DNA from: Dehalococcoidia bacterium
GTDB taxonomy: Bacteria; Chloroflexota; Dehalococcoidia; Lucifugimonadales; CAZENU01
Assembly (NCBI GenBank): GCA_965117035.1
Contig: OZ220748.1
Location: forward strand, 2,927,992 to 2,991,991
Length of the DNA: 64,000 nucleotides
Reading direction: 5' to 3'
Shown here: positions 48,384 to 57,175 of the stretch, in pieces
How the letters are laid out: each line of letters opens with the position of its first letter
How positions within the stretch are numbered: the first letter of the stretch is position 1
Notes under the pieces: model-generated
Told to the model about the DNA's origin: nothing
Seen by the model: the letters and a program-made list of their open reading frames with translations, nothing else
The model's database searches: none
Made by a program: the position numbers and the translations under genes

Positions 48384-50072
48384 ATGGTTTGCAAGTACTG
48401 CGGAGTCGAAAACGACGACGGAGCCGCGTTCTGCAGGAACTGTGGACGTGCAATGAGCGGCTCGCCGCCGGCCGCAGCGGGACGCGACCCTGCGCAGGCC
48501 GATGACACCGTGGATGAAATTCAAGCTCCCACGAAGGCGAGGACCTGGATTTGGGTTGCCATTGGGTCCGCCGCCGCCGTGGTCCTGCTCTTCGTCGGTC
48601 TCATGGCATTCCTGTTTGGAGACAGCCTCGGCATAGGAGATCCGAGCCCGACCAGCACGCCCGCTCCCGTGATGATGTCCGTCAACCTCCTCACGCCAAC
48701 GGCCACGGCCGAGGCTCCGGGCGCTGGCGACCGTCCGGATGAGGTGAGCATTCAGCCCACGCCGCAGCCGACGTATACGCCCAACCCGACGTACACACCC
48801 AATCCGACCTACACGCCCGCTCCGACGCCGACACCCAACCCGACGCCCAATCCCACGGCCACGCCCGATCCGACAGCCACAGCAAGCCCGACAGCGACGC
48901 CCAATCCTACGGCTACGCCCGATCCGACAGCTACACCCAACCCGACGGCGACGCCCAATCCTACCGCCACGGCGAGTGCGACGGCCACGGCGAGCGCGAC
49001 GGCCACGGCGAGTGCGACAGCCACGGCCAGTGCGACGGCCACGGCCAGCGCGACTGCCACGGCGAGTGCGACAGCCACGGCCACGGCAACACCCGGGGCG
49101 ACTTACGCCTGCTCCGAGGGGGCGAACCCTACGCCCCTCCATCGCGCGGTAGATCGGACCAACCTCGAGGTCGTGAGGATCCTGGCCGACAAGTGCCCCG
49201 GAGACCTGAACGTCGTCAGCGACGAATACTTCTACGATCAGACGCCCCTCAGCCTTGCTATCGGGAAAGGGCGCAAGGAGATTGTCAGGGCACTGGTCAC
49301 GGCAGGGGCCGACCCGGACGTCAAGATCAACCCTGCCTTCCGAGTGGGGACTCACCTCACCTACGCAGTTGGTCTAGGAGGCGCGGAGATCGTCCAGATC
49401 TTACTGGACGCAGGCGCGGAACCCAACGTGGTTGACACTGAACAGGCCTACAACCAAACGCCGCTCAGCCTCGCGATCGGTGCCGGCAGAATAGACCTGC
49501 TGCGAAAGCTCATCGCGGCCGGAGCGGACCCTGATGTCAAGATCAATCCTGTTTTCCGAGTGGGGACTCACCTCACCTACGCGGTTGGTCTAGGAGACGC
49601 GGAGATAGTCCAGATCTTACTGGACGCAGGCGCGGAACCCAACGTGGTCGACACTGAACAGTTCTACGACCAAACGCCGCTCAGCCTCGCGATCGGTGCC
49701 GGCAGAATAGACCTGCTGCGAAAGCTCATCGCGGCCGGAGCGGACCCTGATGTCAAGATCAACCCTGCCTCCCGAGTAGGATCTCACCTCACCTACGCGG
49801 TTGGGCTTGAGGATGCGGACGTGGACGTCGTCCAGATCCTCCTGGACGCAGGCGCAGACCCCAACGTGGTCGACACTGAGCAGTTCTATGAAGAATCTCC
49901 GCTCAGCATTGCGGTCAAGGCCCGGGACATTGAGATGGTACGTCTTCTCGTAACCGCTGGCGCGGACCCGAACCAGAAACTCGACCAGTTCAACACAGTC
50001 AGTCCACTCGATATCGCAATCGAGGAAGGATACACAGACATCGTGAAGGTCCTCACGGGCGTCTCGAACTAG
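48384..50072 (+). CDS. zinc-ribbon / single-TM anchored protein with low-complexity linker and ~7 ankyrin repeats
   Basis: The N-terminus is MVCKYCGVENDDGAAFCRNCGRAM and the TM segment is TWIWVAIGSAAAVVLLFVGLMAFLF. The linker is PNPTYT/PTATPN/ATASAT. A 77-aa double-ANK unit is repeated about 3.5 times (GADPDVKINP..RVGTHLTYAVGLG.AEIVQILLDAGAEPNVVD). Confidence 0.8.
   Translation: MVCKYCGVENDDGAAFCRNCGRAMSGSPPAAAGRDPAQADDTVDEIQAPTKARTWIWVAIGSAAAVVLLFVGLMAFLFGDSLGIGDPSPTSTPAPVMMSVNLLTPTATAEAPGAGDRPDEVSIQPTPQPTYTPNPTYTPNPTYTPAPTPTPNPTPNPTATPDPTATASPTATPNPTATPDPTATPNPTATPNPTATASATATASATATASATATASATATASATATASATATATATPGATYACSEGANPTPLHRAVDRTNLEVVRILADKCPGDLNVVSDEYFYDQTPLSLAIGKGRKEIVRALVTAGADPDVKINPAFRVGTHLTYAVGLGGAEIVQILLDAGAEPNVVDTEQAYNQTPLSLAIGAGRIDLLRKLIAAGADPDVKINPVFRVGTHLTYAVGLGDAEIVQILLDAGAEPNVVDTEQFYDQTPLSLAIGAGRIDLLRKLIAAGADPDVKINPASRVGSHLTYAVGLEDADVDVVQILLDAGADPNVVDTEQFYEESPLSIAVKARDIEMVRLLVTAGADPNQKLDQFNTVSPLDIAIEEGYTDIVKVLTGVSN
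48966..49091 (+). repeat. in-frame 18-nt coding minisatellite (GCC ACG GCG AGT GCG ACG)n, about 7 copies
   Basis: It encodes ATASAT six times plus a variant copy. It is preceded (48763-48965) by degenerate 15-18-nt P/T-rich repeats. Confidence 0.9.
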
Positions 50073-50228
50073 GCGTGAGCATGAACGTGGTCAAATTCGG
50101 CAAATGGCGGCGCTCTCGCAGGAGCGATCGGGCGGGGAGTACCGGGATGGTGCGCGGGTTTTCGACGGCTCTCATTGTTCGGGGGAACAGGCGTTTCGGG
50201 TCAGTGACCGGAAAGGAAAGATAGTCAA

Positions 50229-51251
50229 ATGGTACAAACGAGCGGTTACTGCGTGAGCTGCGGCAGCGAAATTGAAGAAGACGCGAGGTTTTGCACGGGA
50301 TGCGGTGCCCCAGTCCAACAGGGCGATCCTCCTGAGGCTGCAGCTGAGGGCAGGAGCAACTATCAGCGCTTTCTCACTGTAGACGCGTCCGGTGGTTTCT
50401 TCGCGACCGTGGGGCCCGCGCTGATCTGGTATGGCGCGGCGGGCGTCCTGATATGGTCCATCATCGGGCTGCTCTCGCTTCGCTTCGACATCGCCGCGGT
50501 GATAGACCTCCCCAACCTGCTGTTCAGCATGCTGATCATGGTTGGGATAGTGCTGAGCGCGACCGCCAGCTACTACCTCCTCCGCAGCTACCGCGAGCGG
50601 GCCGGACGGCTCTGGTACGCGCTCTCGTACCTCCCGGCCGTGTGGGGCGTCTTCATGAGCGTTGGGCTGCTCATCATGATATTGCAGGTGTGGACCGATT
50701 TCGCCTGGGGCCCGGATGACCTCCGAAGGGCCATGTTCTCGCTCATTGGCGTCGGCCTGTGTGGGATATATGGCGGATACCTGGCGCTCATAGTGACCGG
50801 GCTGGAGCGGATATACCAGGTCGCGCGCTGGGTGGTGTATGTCCTGTTGGTCATCATCGCGCTCGAGATCCTGGAGGCGACGTGGCTGACCAGTCGGGAC
50901 CTGTCTGGACAAGAGCTGAGGGACGATTTCCTGGCTGCCGGCGGGACCGCAATTCTAGTTGCAATCGTGTACTCGATCATAGCTGTCATCCTGGCTCAAG
51001 CCGGAGACAGCAAGGCGCGCCTCGCCGTTCTCGTGACGTACGTGGTCCTCGGGCTGTTCGGATTCACGATCGCTGTCTGGGCCCTATGGGACAATCTCCC
51101 TGCGGGTGCTATACGGTTTGTCCACGGGGGAACGGTCTTCGTGGCCATCGCTACTATCGGACTATTGGTCGTACGGCATTTCCACAAGCACAGGGGCAAC
51201 CCCAACGTACCGGCAGTCAGCGGAGAATCCTCAGCCCAAAGCGGGACCTGA
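50229..51251 (+). CDS. zinc-ribbon protein with a ~8-helix polytopic membrane domain
   Basis: The N-terminus is MVQTSGYCVSCGSEIEEDARFCTGCGAPV, followed by eight hydrophobic segments. I recognise no family for the membrane domain. Confidence 0.65.
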   Translation: MVQTSGYCVSCGSEIEEDARFCTGCGAPVQQGDPPEAAAEGRSNYQRFLTVDASGGFFATVGPALIWYGAAGVLIWSIIGLLSLRFDIAAVIDLPNLLFSMLIMVGIVLSATASYYLLRSYRERAGRLWYALSYLPAVWGVFMSVGLLIMILQVWTDFAWGPDDLRRAMFSLIGVGLCGIYGGYLALIVTGLERIYQVARWVVYVLLVIIALEILEATWLTSRDLSGQELRDDFLAAGGTAILVAIVYSIIAVILAQAGDSKARLAVLVTYVVLGLFGFTIAVWALWDNLPAGAIRFVHGGTVFVAIATIGLLVVRHFHKHRGNPNVPAVSGESSAQSGT

Positions 51252-51332
51252 AATCGCTCAGGGAAAGAGGGGACATTGAGCCGCTTCGGACCGATTGGCG
51301 GCAGGCAGTCATGAATCGTGGAGGCTGAGCCC

Positions 51333-53240
51333 ATGTATTGCAAGAGCTGCGGGTCGGAAAACGACGATGGCGCCAGGTTCTGTAGGGACTGCGGACGTGC
51401 AATCACCGGCTCGTCGCCGCGCGTAGAGACAGGTGCCTCCGCGGATGGCGGCGACACGCCGGACGCAGTCGAAGCTCCCGCGAAGGCGAACACCTGGATC
51501 TGGGTTGCCGGTATAGCGGGGCTTGTCGCGGTCCTGCTGTTCGCAGGTCTCATCGCCCTGGTCCTGGCAGCAACATCCGGTTCTTCACGCCAAACGGATC
51601 GTGAGGCGTTGGAAGTCCTCTTCCAAGCCACCAGCGGGCACAGCTGGCTCGAAAGCAAAAACTGGTTGACCGACGCCCCACTGGGTGAATGGACGGGCGT
51701 CACGACAGACGAGGACGGGCGCGTGACTGGACTGGACCTTGGCGCAAACGAACTATCGGGCCGTATACCTCCCGAGCTGGGCAACCTTGACCGACTGCGC
51801 ACGCTCGACCTGGCCGCCGAGCGGACCGTGACGACTCTCAGAGGGGGAGTGAGGATCACGTTTGGGGGTGACTCCCCGAGTCTCTCGTCCCAGCTCAAAC
51901 AGGCAGGCAGGCAACTGGCGGAATCGGCCGAGACCAGCATCCGCAGGAACTACCTGAGCGGATGTATTCCGACCAGTCTCAGGGAACAGTTGGATATGAG
52001 CGCATCGGATCTCGGCGGCCTGCCGTTTTGCGACGGGTGGAGTGCGCCAACTGGGGACATCACGCGCGCTGGCCCGGATACGACACCTTCAAGGGAGGGA
52101 ACAGAGGGCCGGGACGGACCACCCAAGCCAGCCCAGGTTGCCGATAACAGGCCACCCGCTCCTGAGAACGTGCGGTATGTCTGGGATGAATCGACGATCA
52201 TCGTGACCTGGGACGCGTCGGAAGGCGCCGAATACTACACCATCTATCACGACGACTTCTTTGACAATTCCTGCACCGTCGTGGGTGACGGCACCCCGGC
52301 ATTCTGCGAAGAGCTGGCGTCGAACGTCCGTGAGAACTCATACGTCCATGCCGATCCGGACGGTGGCGAAAACCACTACTGGGTAACCGCGTGCGTTCGC
52401 GACGGATGCTCGGAGATCGACTCCCATAGCCCGGCCGAGTACGTCGACACCAGGCCGGCGAGTCCGACAAACGTGCGGGTGCAGTTTGTGCAGGACGGCA
52501 CGCAGATTCAGGTCTCCTGGGACCCGGTGCCGGACGCGGGGCACTACAAGATCTATTACGACGATTTCTTTGGTGACAACTGTCGAGTGGACAGGTTCGG
52601 CGACGCGAGCTTCTGCGACCTCTTGGCTTCAGACATACGACAGACGAGCTACCTTCACGCACGCCCAGCCAGGGACGAGAACTACTACTGGGTCGTCGCC
52701 TGCAACAGCGGCGGCTGCTCGGATGTCGACCGCGAGAACCCTGCAGTGCCCGCGGATTCTTCACGGTCCGCAACTGCGCCAGCGGTCAGCCCGTCTCCCG
52801 AGCCATCGGAAACGGCGACTGAGCCTGACGCGTCCCGGAGGTCGTTCGAAGCGTCAACGCCGCCGGGCTACACTCGAGTCATGCTGACTGACCAGGGGAG
52901 CGTATGGGGAACTCCGGAGAGGTTTACGACCGATTCAAGGCTCGGCGCCGTCGCGTATATGCTGCTCGGAAGTGTGAAAGGCTGCAGCTTTGCCAGGGAG
53001 GAGTTGAGACGTTCAAGCATAGTCCATATCAAGGTGGAGCGACTGGGGCGCCTTGCGACGTACGAATCTGGAGACGCCTGCGGCAAGACCAGCAGGAAAT
53101 GGGACACTGGCTGGGAAGGTATGAAGATGGCCCGTCTACGCATCTTTGACGAGAGCAGTCCCGCGAACGTCAGGGAGTACGTCTACGATCAAGCCGCTGG
53201 AGAGTATGTCGAATCGCCCGCATCCGGCGACTTCAACTAG
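51333..53240 (+). CDS. zinc-ribbon / single-TM anchored protein with plant-type LRR N-cap + LRRs, two Cys-containing FN3-like domains and a unique C-terminal domain
   Basis: The N-terminus is MYCKSCGSENDDGARFCRDCGRAI and the TM segment is TWIWVAGIAGLVAVLLFAGLIALVL. The LRR part is DREALEVLFQATSGHSWLESKNWLTDAPLGEWTGVTTDEDGRVTGLDLGANELSGRIPPELGNL. The FN3-like units end in YWV[TV]AC...GCS. Confidence 0.8.
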   Translation: MYCKSCGSENDDGARFCRDCGRAITGSSPRVETGASADGGDTPDAVEAPAKANTWIWVAGIAGLVAVLLFAGLIALVLAATSGSSRQTDREALEVLFQATSGHSWLESKNWLTDAPLGEWTGVTTDEDGRVTGLDLGANELSGRIPPELGNLDRLRTLDLAAERTVTTLRGGVRITFGGDSPSLSSQLKQAGRQLAESAETSIRRNYLSGCIPTSLREQLDMSASDLGGLPFCDGWSAPTGDITRAGPDTTPSREGTEGRDGPPKPAQVADNRPPAPENVRYVWDESTIIVTWDASEGAEYYTIYHDDFFDNSCTVVGDGTPAFCEELASNVRENSYVHADPDGGENHYWVTACVRDGCSEIDSHSPAEYVDTRPASPTNVRVQFVQDGTQIQVSWDPVPDAGHYKIYYDDFFGDNCRVDRFGDASFCDLLASDIRQTSYLHARPARDENYYWVVACNSGGCSDVDRENPAVPADSSRSATAPAVSPSPEPSETATEPDASRRSFEASTPPGYTRVMLTDQGSVWGTPERFTTDSRLGAVAYMLLGSVKGCSFAREELRRSSIVHIKVERLGRLATYESGDACGKTSRKWDTGWEGMKMARLRIFDESSPANVREYVYDQAAGEYVESPASGDFN

Positions 53241-53265
53241 CTCCGCAGGCACCACGGTACGGACA

Positions 53266-54081
53266 TTACGGACCTGACGGGCCGCTCTGTCCAACGGACT
53301 CTATGGCGTGGGACGGCGCCCACCCCGCGAGCTCCCCGCCGGGCAGGGCGACCCTGGTCCAGCCGTGACGGGAGTCGGCAACGCGCACCTGCGCGCCGCT
53401 GTGAAGCGTGAACTCCTCGGTATACTGCGGCCCTGGCCCGCTCACGACGTCGACGGCCTCGGCGGTCACAACGCCGGTGCTGTCGTATGGATTGGCGTAA
53501 ATCATGCTGACAAGAAGCACCAGCGACACAGCGGTTGCCGCCGTCGCGGCGACGGCCGCCATGCGCAGCGCCCGTCTCAGCGGGAAGGCCCGCCAGACCA
53601 GGAGGGCGCCAGTGCCCGTTCCGGCGAACACCCATAGCAGCAGGGCCAGGACGCCGAGCTCGCCGGTCGTGGCCCAGCGGTACCCGAAGTAGGACATGCT
53701 CTCGACCAGGGAGTCTCTCTCGACCTCGATGCGGTCCACGGTCATGCCGAGCGCCAGCTCCAGGTTCTTCGCTACGGCCGAGTCTCTGGGAGTGAGCTCG
53801 CGGGCGCGCATATAGTTGAGGACCGCCCGCCCGAGGTCGCCACTCTCGAGGTACGCGTTGCCCAGGTTGAAGTAGAGGGCCGGGTCGATGTACCCCCGGT
53901 CGATCGCAGCCTCGTACTGCTGGGCGGCCTCGGCGTACTCGCCGCGTTCGTAGCTAGCGTTCGCCCTGGTCATCAGGTCGATGGCCGACGGGCCCTGTGC
54001 CTGCGCTTCGCCCGCGACGAGGACCGCAAGGGCGCCGAGGGCGGCCAGCAGTGCAAAACGGCGCATCGCCAGGCGGATCAT
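53266..54081 (-). CDS. batE: BatE-like protein (signal peptide, TPR repeats, TM segments, C-terminal SH3b-like domain)
   Basis: TPR-like helices (YERGEYAEAAQQYEAAI, FNLGNAYLESGDLGRAVLNYMRA). The C-terminus is TLHSGAQVRVADSRHGWTRVALPGGELAGW. It is the last gene of the Bat-type operon. Confidence 0.65.
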   Translation of the reverse strand: MIRLAMRRFALLAALGALAVLVAGEAQAQGPSAIDLMTRANASYERGEYAEAAQQYEAAIDRGYIDPALYFNLGNAYLESGDLGRAVLNYMRARELTPRDSAVAKNLELALGMTVDRIEVERDSLVESMSYFGYRWATTGELGVLALLLWVFAGTGTGALLVWRAFPLRRALRMAAVAATAATAVSLVLLVSMIYANPYDSTGVVTAEAVDVVSGPGPQYTEEFTLHSGAQVRVADSRHGWTRVALPGGELAGWAPSHAIESVGQSGPSGP

Positions 54082-55469
54082 TGCCGGATGGCCTCATCGA
54101 GCTCGTCCAGGAGCTGCGCGGCGCGTTGCACACGGTCTTCCGCGTCGCCGGCGGCCGCCGCTTCCGGCCGGTATCTCGCCGCTTCGCCCGACGCCAGCGT
54201 GTCCTCCACTCGCTCGAGCGCCGCGGGAGAGACGCCGGCTTCACGGAGCCGGTCTACGAGGGCCTCTCGGGTCAGTCCGCCCAGGGGGATAGCGAGCCGG
54301 TCGGAAAGGTAGGACATCATCGCGTCGGCGGCCGCGACCGCGCTTTCGTCGCCCGCGGCCGCGGCGCGCGAGATTGCCGCTTGAGCGTTCGCCAACGCAT
54401 TGCGCCGCCGGGAGTCGACAGCCGCGGCCTCAATGGCATCCCGCCTGCGCCGCCAGGCGGACGCTCCGACGATCGCCAGCAACGGCAGGGCCCACGCGGC
54501 CCAATAGCCGTACCCGTCCGTCACGTCTCCGCCCGCCGTCCGAAGATGCGACGGCACGGGCTTGATGGACCCCGCGCCCGGAACGGCCCCTTCCTCCGTC
54601 CCGCCGGCGGTGGACCGGGGATCTGGGGATGCGCCATCGACCGCGGCAACAGAAACGGCGATTGGCGACGTTATCGCCCCGACATACTCCTCGAGGTCGG
54701 GGTCGTAGTGGGCGTATGAGATCTCCGGCACCATCAGCTCACCCGCCATTTCGGGCACCAGGACGCTGACGTACGTCCTGCTCCCGACGAGCCTTCCATC
54801 GACGACCTCGCTGGTGACGGAGGGAGGCGATTCGATCACGCGCCAGCCTCGAAACTCCGGCCATGACGGGTCCGGGAGCGCGTCGATGTTCCCGGCGCCC
54901 TGGAGCGTCACCGTCAACTCGACCGAATCGCCCATCCGTACCGTCGCGCCATCGACGGCGGCCGAGACCTCGAACCTGCCGACCGCGCCCGCGAACCCCG
55001 CAGGGGCGCCCGCGGGCGTCGGGCTCACCTCTATCGTGACGGGGACGCTCTCCACGACCGTGGGCGCCTCGGATGAGCCGCCGGACACGGTCAGTACCGC
55101 GGGAGCGATATCGATCGTTCCGACCACGCTTGGGAACAGGATCGTTCGCAGCTCGATGACCCGGTACGACTCGGAATCCACAGTCTCGGTGTATTCGTCC
55201 TGCTCGGTCTCACCGACGTTCCAGAACCCGGCGAAACCGGGAGGCTCGTAGTGGACGGAGTGGGGAAAGCCCGGGCGCTGGTATATCCTGGATATATAGG
55301 TGATCTGCTGACCGATGTAGGGCCTGTCGTTGTCCACGGACGCGGTGACGAACAGGGCTTGGTCGGCCGGCGACTGCTGGGCGCCAACGGGCAGAGCGAC
55401 CAGGAGAGTCGCCGACGATACAACGACCGCGCTGACCAGGGCTCGCGATATGGTTCCGATGCGCGTCAC
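54078..55469 (-). CDS. batD: BatD-like protein
   Basis: A 463-aa protein with a signal peptide, two Ig-like beta regions, one TM segment near residue 330 and a helical C-terminus. Its position and architecture match BatD. Confidence 0.6.
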   Translation of the reverse strand: MTRIGTISRALVSAVVVSSATLLVALPVGAQQSPADQALFVTASVDNDRPYIGQQITYISRIYQRPGFPHSVHYEPPGFAGFWNVGETEQDEYTETVDSESYRVIELRTILFPSVVGTIDIAPAVLTVSGGSSEAPTVVESVPVTIEVSPTPAGAPAGFAGAVGRFEVSAAVDGATVRMGDSVELTVTLQGAGNIDALPDPSWPEFRGWRVIESPPSVTSEVVDGRLVGSRTYVSVLVPEMAGELMVPEISYAHYDPDLEEYVGAITSPIAVSVAAVDGASPDPRSTAGGTEEGAVPGAGSIKPVPSHLRTAGGDVTDGYGYWAAWALPLLAIVGASAWRRRRDAIEAAAVDSRRRNALANAQAAISRAAAAGDESAVAAADAMMSYLSDRLAIPLGGLTREALVDRLREAGVSPAALERVEDTLASGEAARYRPEAAAAGDAEDRVQRAAQLLDELDEAIRQ

Positions 55470-55478
55470 GGCCAGGGG

Positions 55479-56129
55479 CTACCAGTCGAACTCGGTCTCG
55501 GGTTTCGGGGAAACCAGGGTTTGTTGTCTTCGCTCCTGGAGCGTCTGCGCGTCCTCTCCAACCGCTTCGAGCGCCTGCCTCGCCTGGTCATCGGTCAACG
55601 GCTCGGTCTGGGGCGCCTGCGGAGGCGGCTCGGACTGAGGCGGCGGCTGCGCCTGGGACGACTGGGCCTGGGGAGAAGCCTGCTCGTCGTCCGCGTCCTG
55701 TCGCGACATCCGTTTCAGGGCCAGCTCCAGGTTGTGCTTGGCGTCCCGGTCGTCGGGGTTCATGCGCAGCACCTCCCTGTACGCCTCGGCGGCCTGCGCG
55801 TACTGCTGCGTGCGAAAGGCCGCGTTGCCCCGGTTGAAGAACCCGCGCGAGCGCAGATCGCCCGTCGCATCCCTGAGCGCCTCGTCGTACTCCTTCAGCG
55901 ACTCCTCGAAGTCGTCCATCCGGTACAGCACGTTCCCCACGTTGTAGCGCGGCGCGCCCTCCTCCGGGGCACGGTCTCGAGCCGCTTCGTACGCATCGAG
56001 GGCCGCGCCGTAGTCCGCGTTGGCGTAGGGCCCGTGGCCCGAGTTATTGACCTCACCGGGGCTGGGGCCGCAGGCCGACAGCAGGAGCGCGGCGGCAGGC
56101 AGGGCGATCAGAGTCCTAAGGCCGAACAC
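55479..56129 (-). CDS. batC: BatC-like TPR lipoprotein with acidic/Q-P-rich tail
   Basis: The lipobox is LLLSAC. The TPR helices are YNVGNVLYRMDDFEESLKEYDEAL and FNRGNAAFRTQQYAQAAEAYREVL. Confidence 0.65.
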   Translation of the reverse strand: MFGLRTLIALPAAALLLSACGPSPGEVNNSGHGPYANADYGAALDAYEAARDRAPEEGAPRYNVGNVLYRMDDFEESLKEYDEALRDATGDLRSRGFFNRGNAAFRTQQYAQAAEAYREVLRMNPDDRDAKHNLELALKRMSRQDADDEQASPQAQSSQAQPPPQSEPPPQAPQTEPLTDDQARQALEAVGEDAQTLQERRQQTLVSPKPETEFDW

Positions 56130-57168
56130 GTTCCGCTCCTTCTGTCGCCGTCGGCAATCGGCTTCGCGACGTGAGGAAGAGCCGGTCCGTCAGGACCTGC
56201 GCCAGGAAGAGCGAAAGGGCGCCCGCGAGCAGGAACAGCTGAAACCGCTCGACTCTCCTCTCGTCGAGCTCGCTCTGGAGACTCTCGTCCTGGAAGGCGC
56301 TCAGCTCGTCCAGCAGACCGGCCGTCGCGTTGGGGTCGGCGGCCCTGAAATACCGGCCTCCGCCCGCCTCCGCGATGCGCACGAGCGCGCCCTCGTCGAG
56401 CCTGGAGACGATGGGGCGTCCCTCGCCATCCTGTCGGTGTCCGATCACGGCGCCCTGTTCATCGTAAACGGCAACGGGCCATCCTTCGGCCGAGCCGAAC
56501 CCCACCGTATAGACAACCGCTCCGGCCTCCGCGGCCTGCCCGGCGGCCGCGACCGGGTCACCCTCGTGGTTCTCCCCGTCCGTCATGATGACTATGACTT
56601 TCTGGCTCACCCGATGATCGTTGAAGCTGCCCATCGCCATCTCGATCGCCTCGCCGATCACGGTCCCCTGCCGGGTGATGGCCTTCGGGCTGGCGCTGTT
56701 CAGGTAGGTCCGGGCGGTGTCGTAGTCGGCGGTCAACGGGAACTGGACGAAGCTGGCGCCGGAGAACAGGACTATGCCGACCGAGTCGCCCCTCAGCCTG
56801 GACATGAGGTCCGAAATCTCCAGCTTGGCCCGGTCGAGGCGCGTCGGCTTCACGTCCTCGGACAGCATGCTGCGGGACACGTCCAGGGCCACCATCACCT
56901 GCACGCCGCGGCGCTCTACTATCTCGACGTCGCTGCCCCACTGCGGCCGCGCCAGCGCGACGATCAGCAGCGCTATGCCACAGGACCAAAGAACGAACCG
57001 CGCCACGCGCATTCTCCGGCTTGCGGACCCGCTGAGCCGTTCGACGAGCGCCGGATCGCCCATGCGCGACACGGCGGCGGTCCTGCGCGCCGAGACCCAC
57101 CGCGCGAATACCGCCAGCAGTGGGACCAACGCCAGGGCGAGCAGGAGCTGTGGAGCTGCGAAGGTCAT
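56116..57168 (-). CDS. batB: BatB-like vWA-domain membrane protein
   Basis: It has N-terminal TM helices and a vWA MIDAS context (VMVALDVSRSM), with VIVIMTDGENH. A C-terminal TM segment is present. Confidence 0.75.
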   Translation of the reverse strand: MTFAAPQLLLALALVPLLAVFARWVSARRTAAVSRMGDPALVERLSGSASRRMRVARFVLWSCGIALLIVALARPQWGSDVEIVERRGVQVMVALDVSRSMLSEDVKPTRLDRAKLEISDLMSRLRGDSVGIVLFSGASFVQFPLTADYDTARTYLNSASPKAITRQGTVIGEAIEMAMGSFNDHRVSQKVIVIMTDGENHEGDPVAAAGQAAEAGAVVYTVGFGSAEGWPVAVYDEQGAVIGHRQDGEGRPIVSRLDEGALVRIAEAGGGRYFRAADPNATAGLLDELSAFQDESLQSELDERRVERFQLFLLAGALSLFLAQVLTDRLFLTSRSRLPTATEGAERVRP

Positions 57169-57175
57169 GGCGAGC

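Noticed and set aside
40937-49091. Possible CRISPR array, considered because of the strong periodic repeats
   Set aside because: All of these repeats are coding and in frame (354-nt CARDB units and 18-nt ATASAT units). They have no unique spacers of constant length and no cas genes nearby. The 172-bp intergenic repeat at 26.7-27.1 kb has only two copies.
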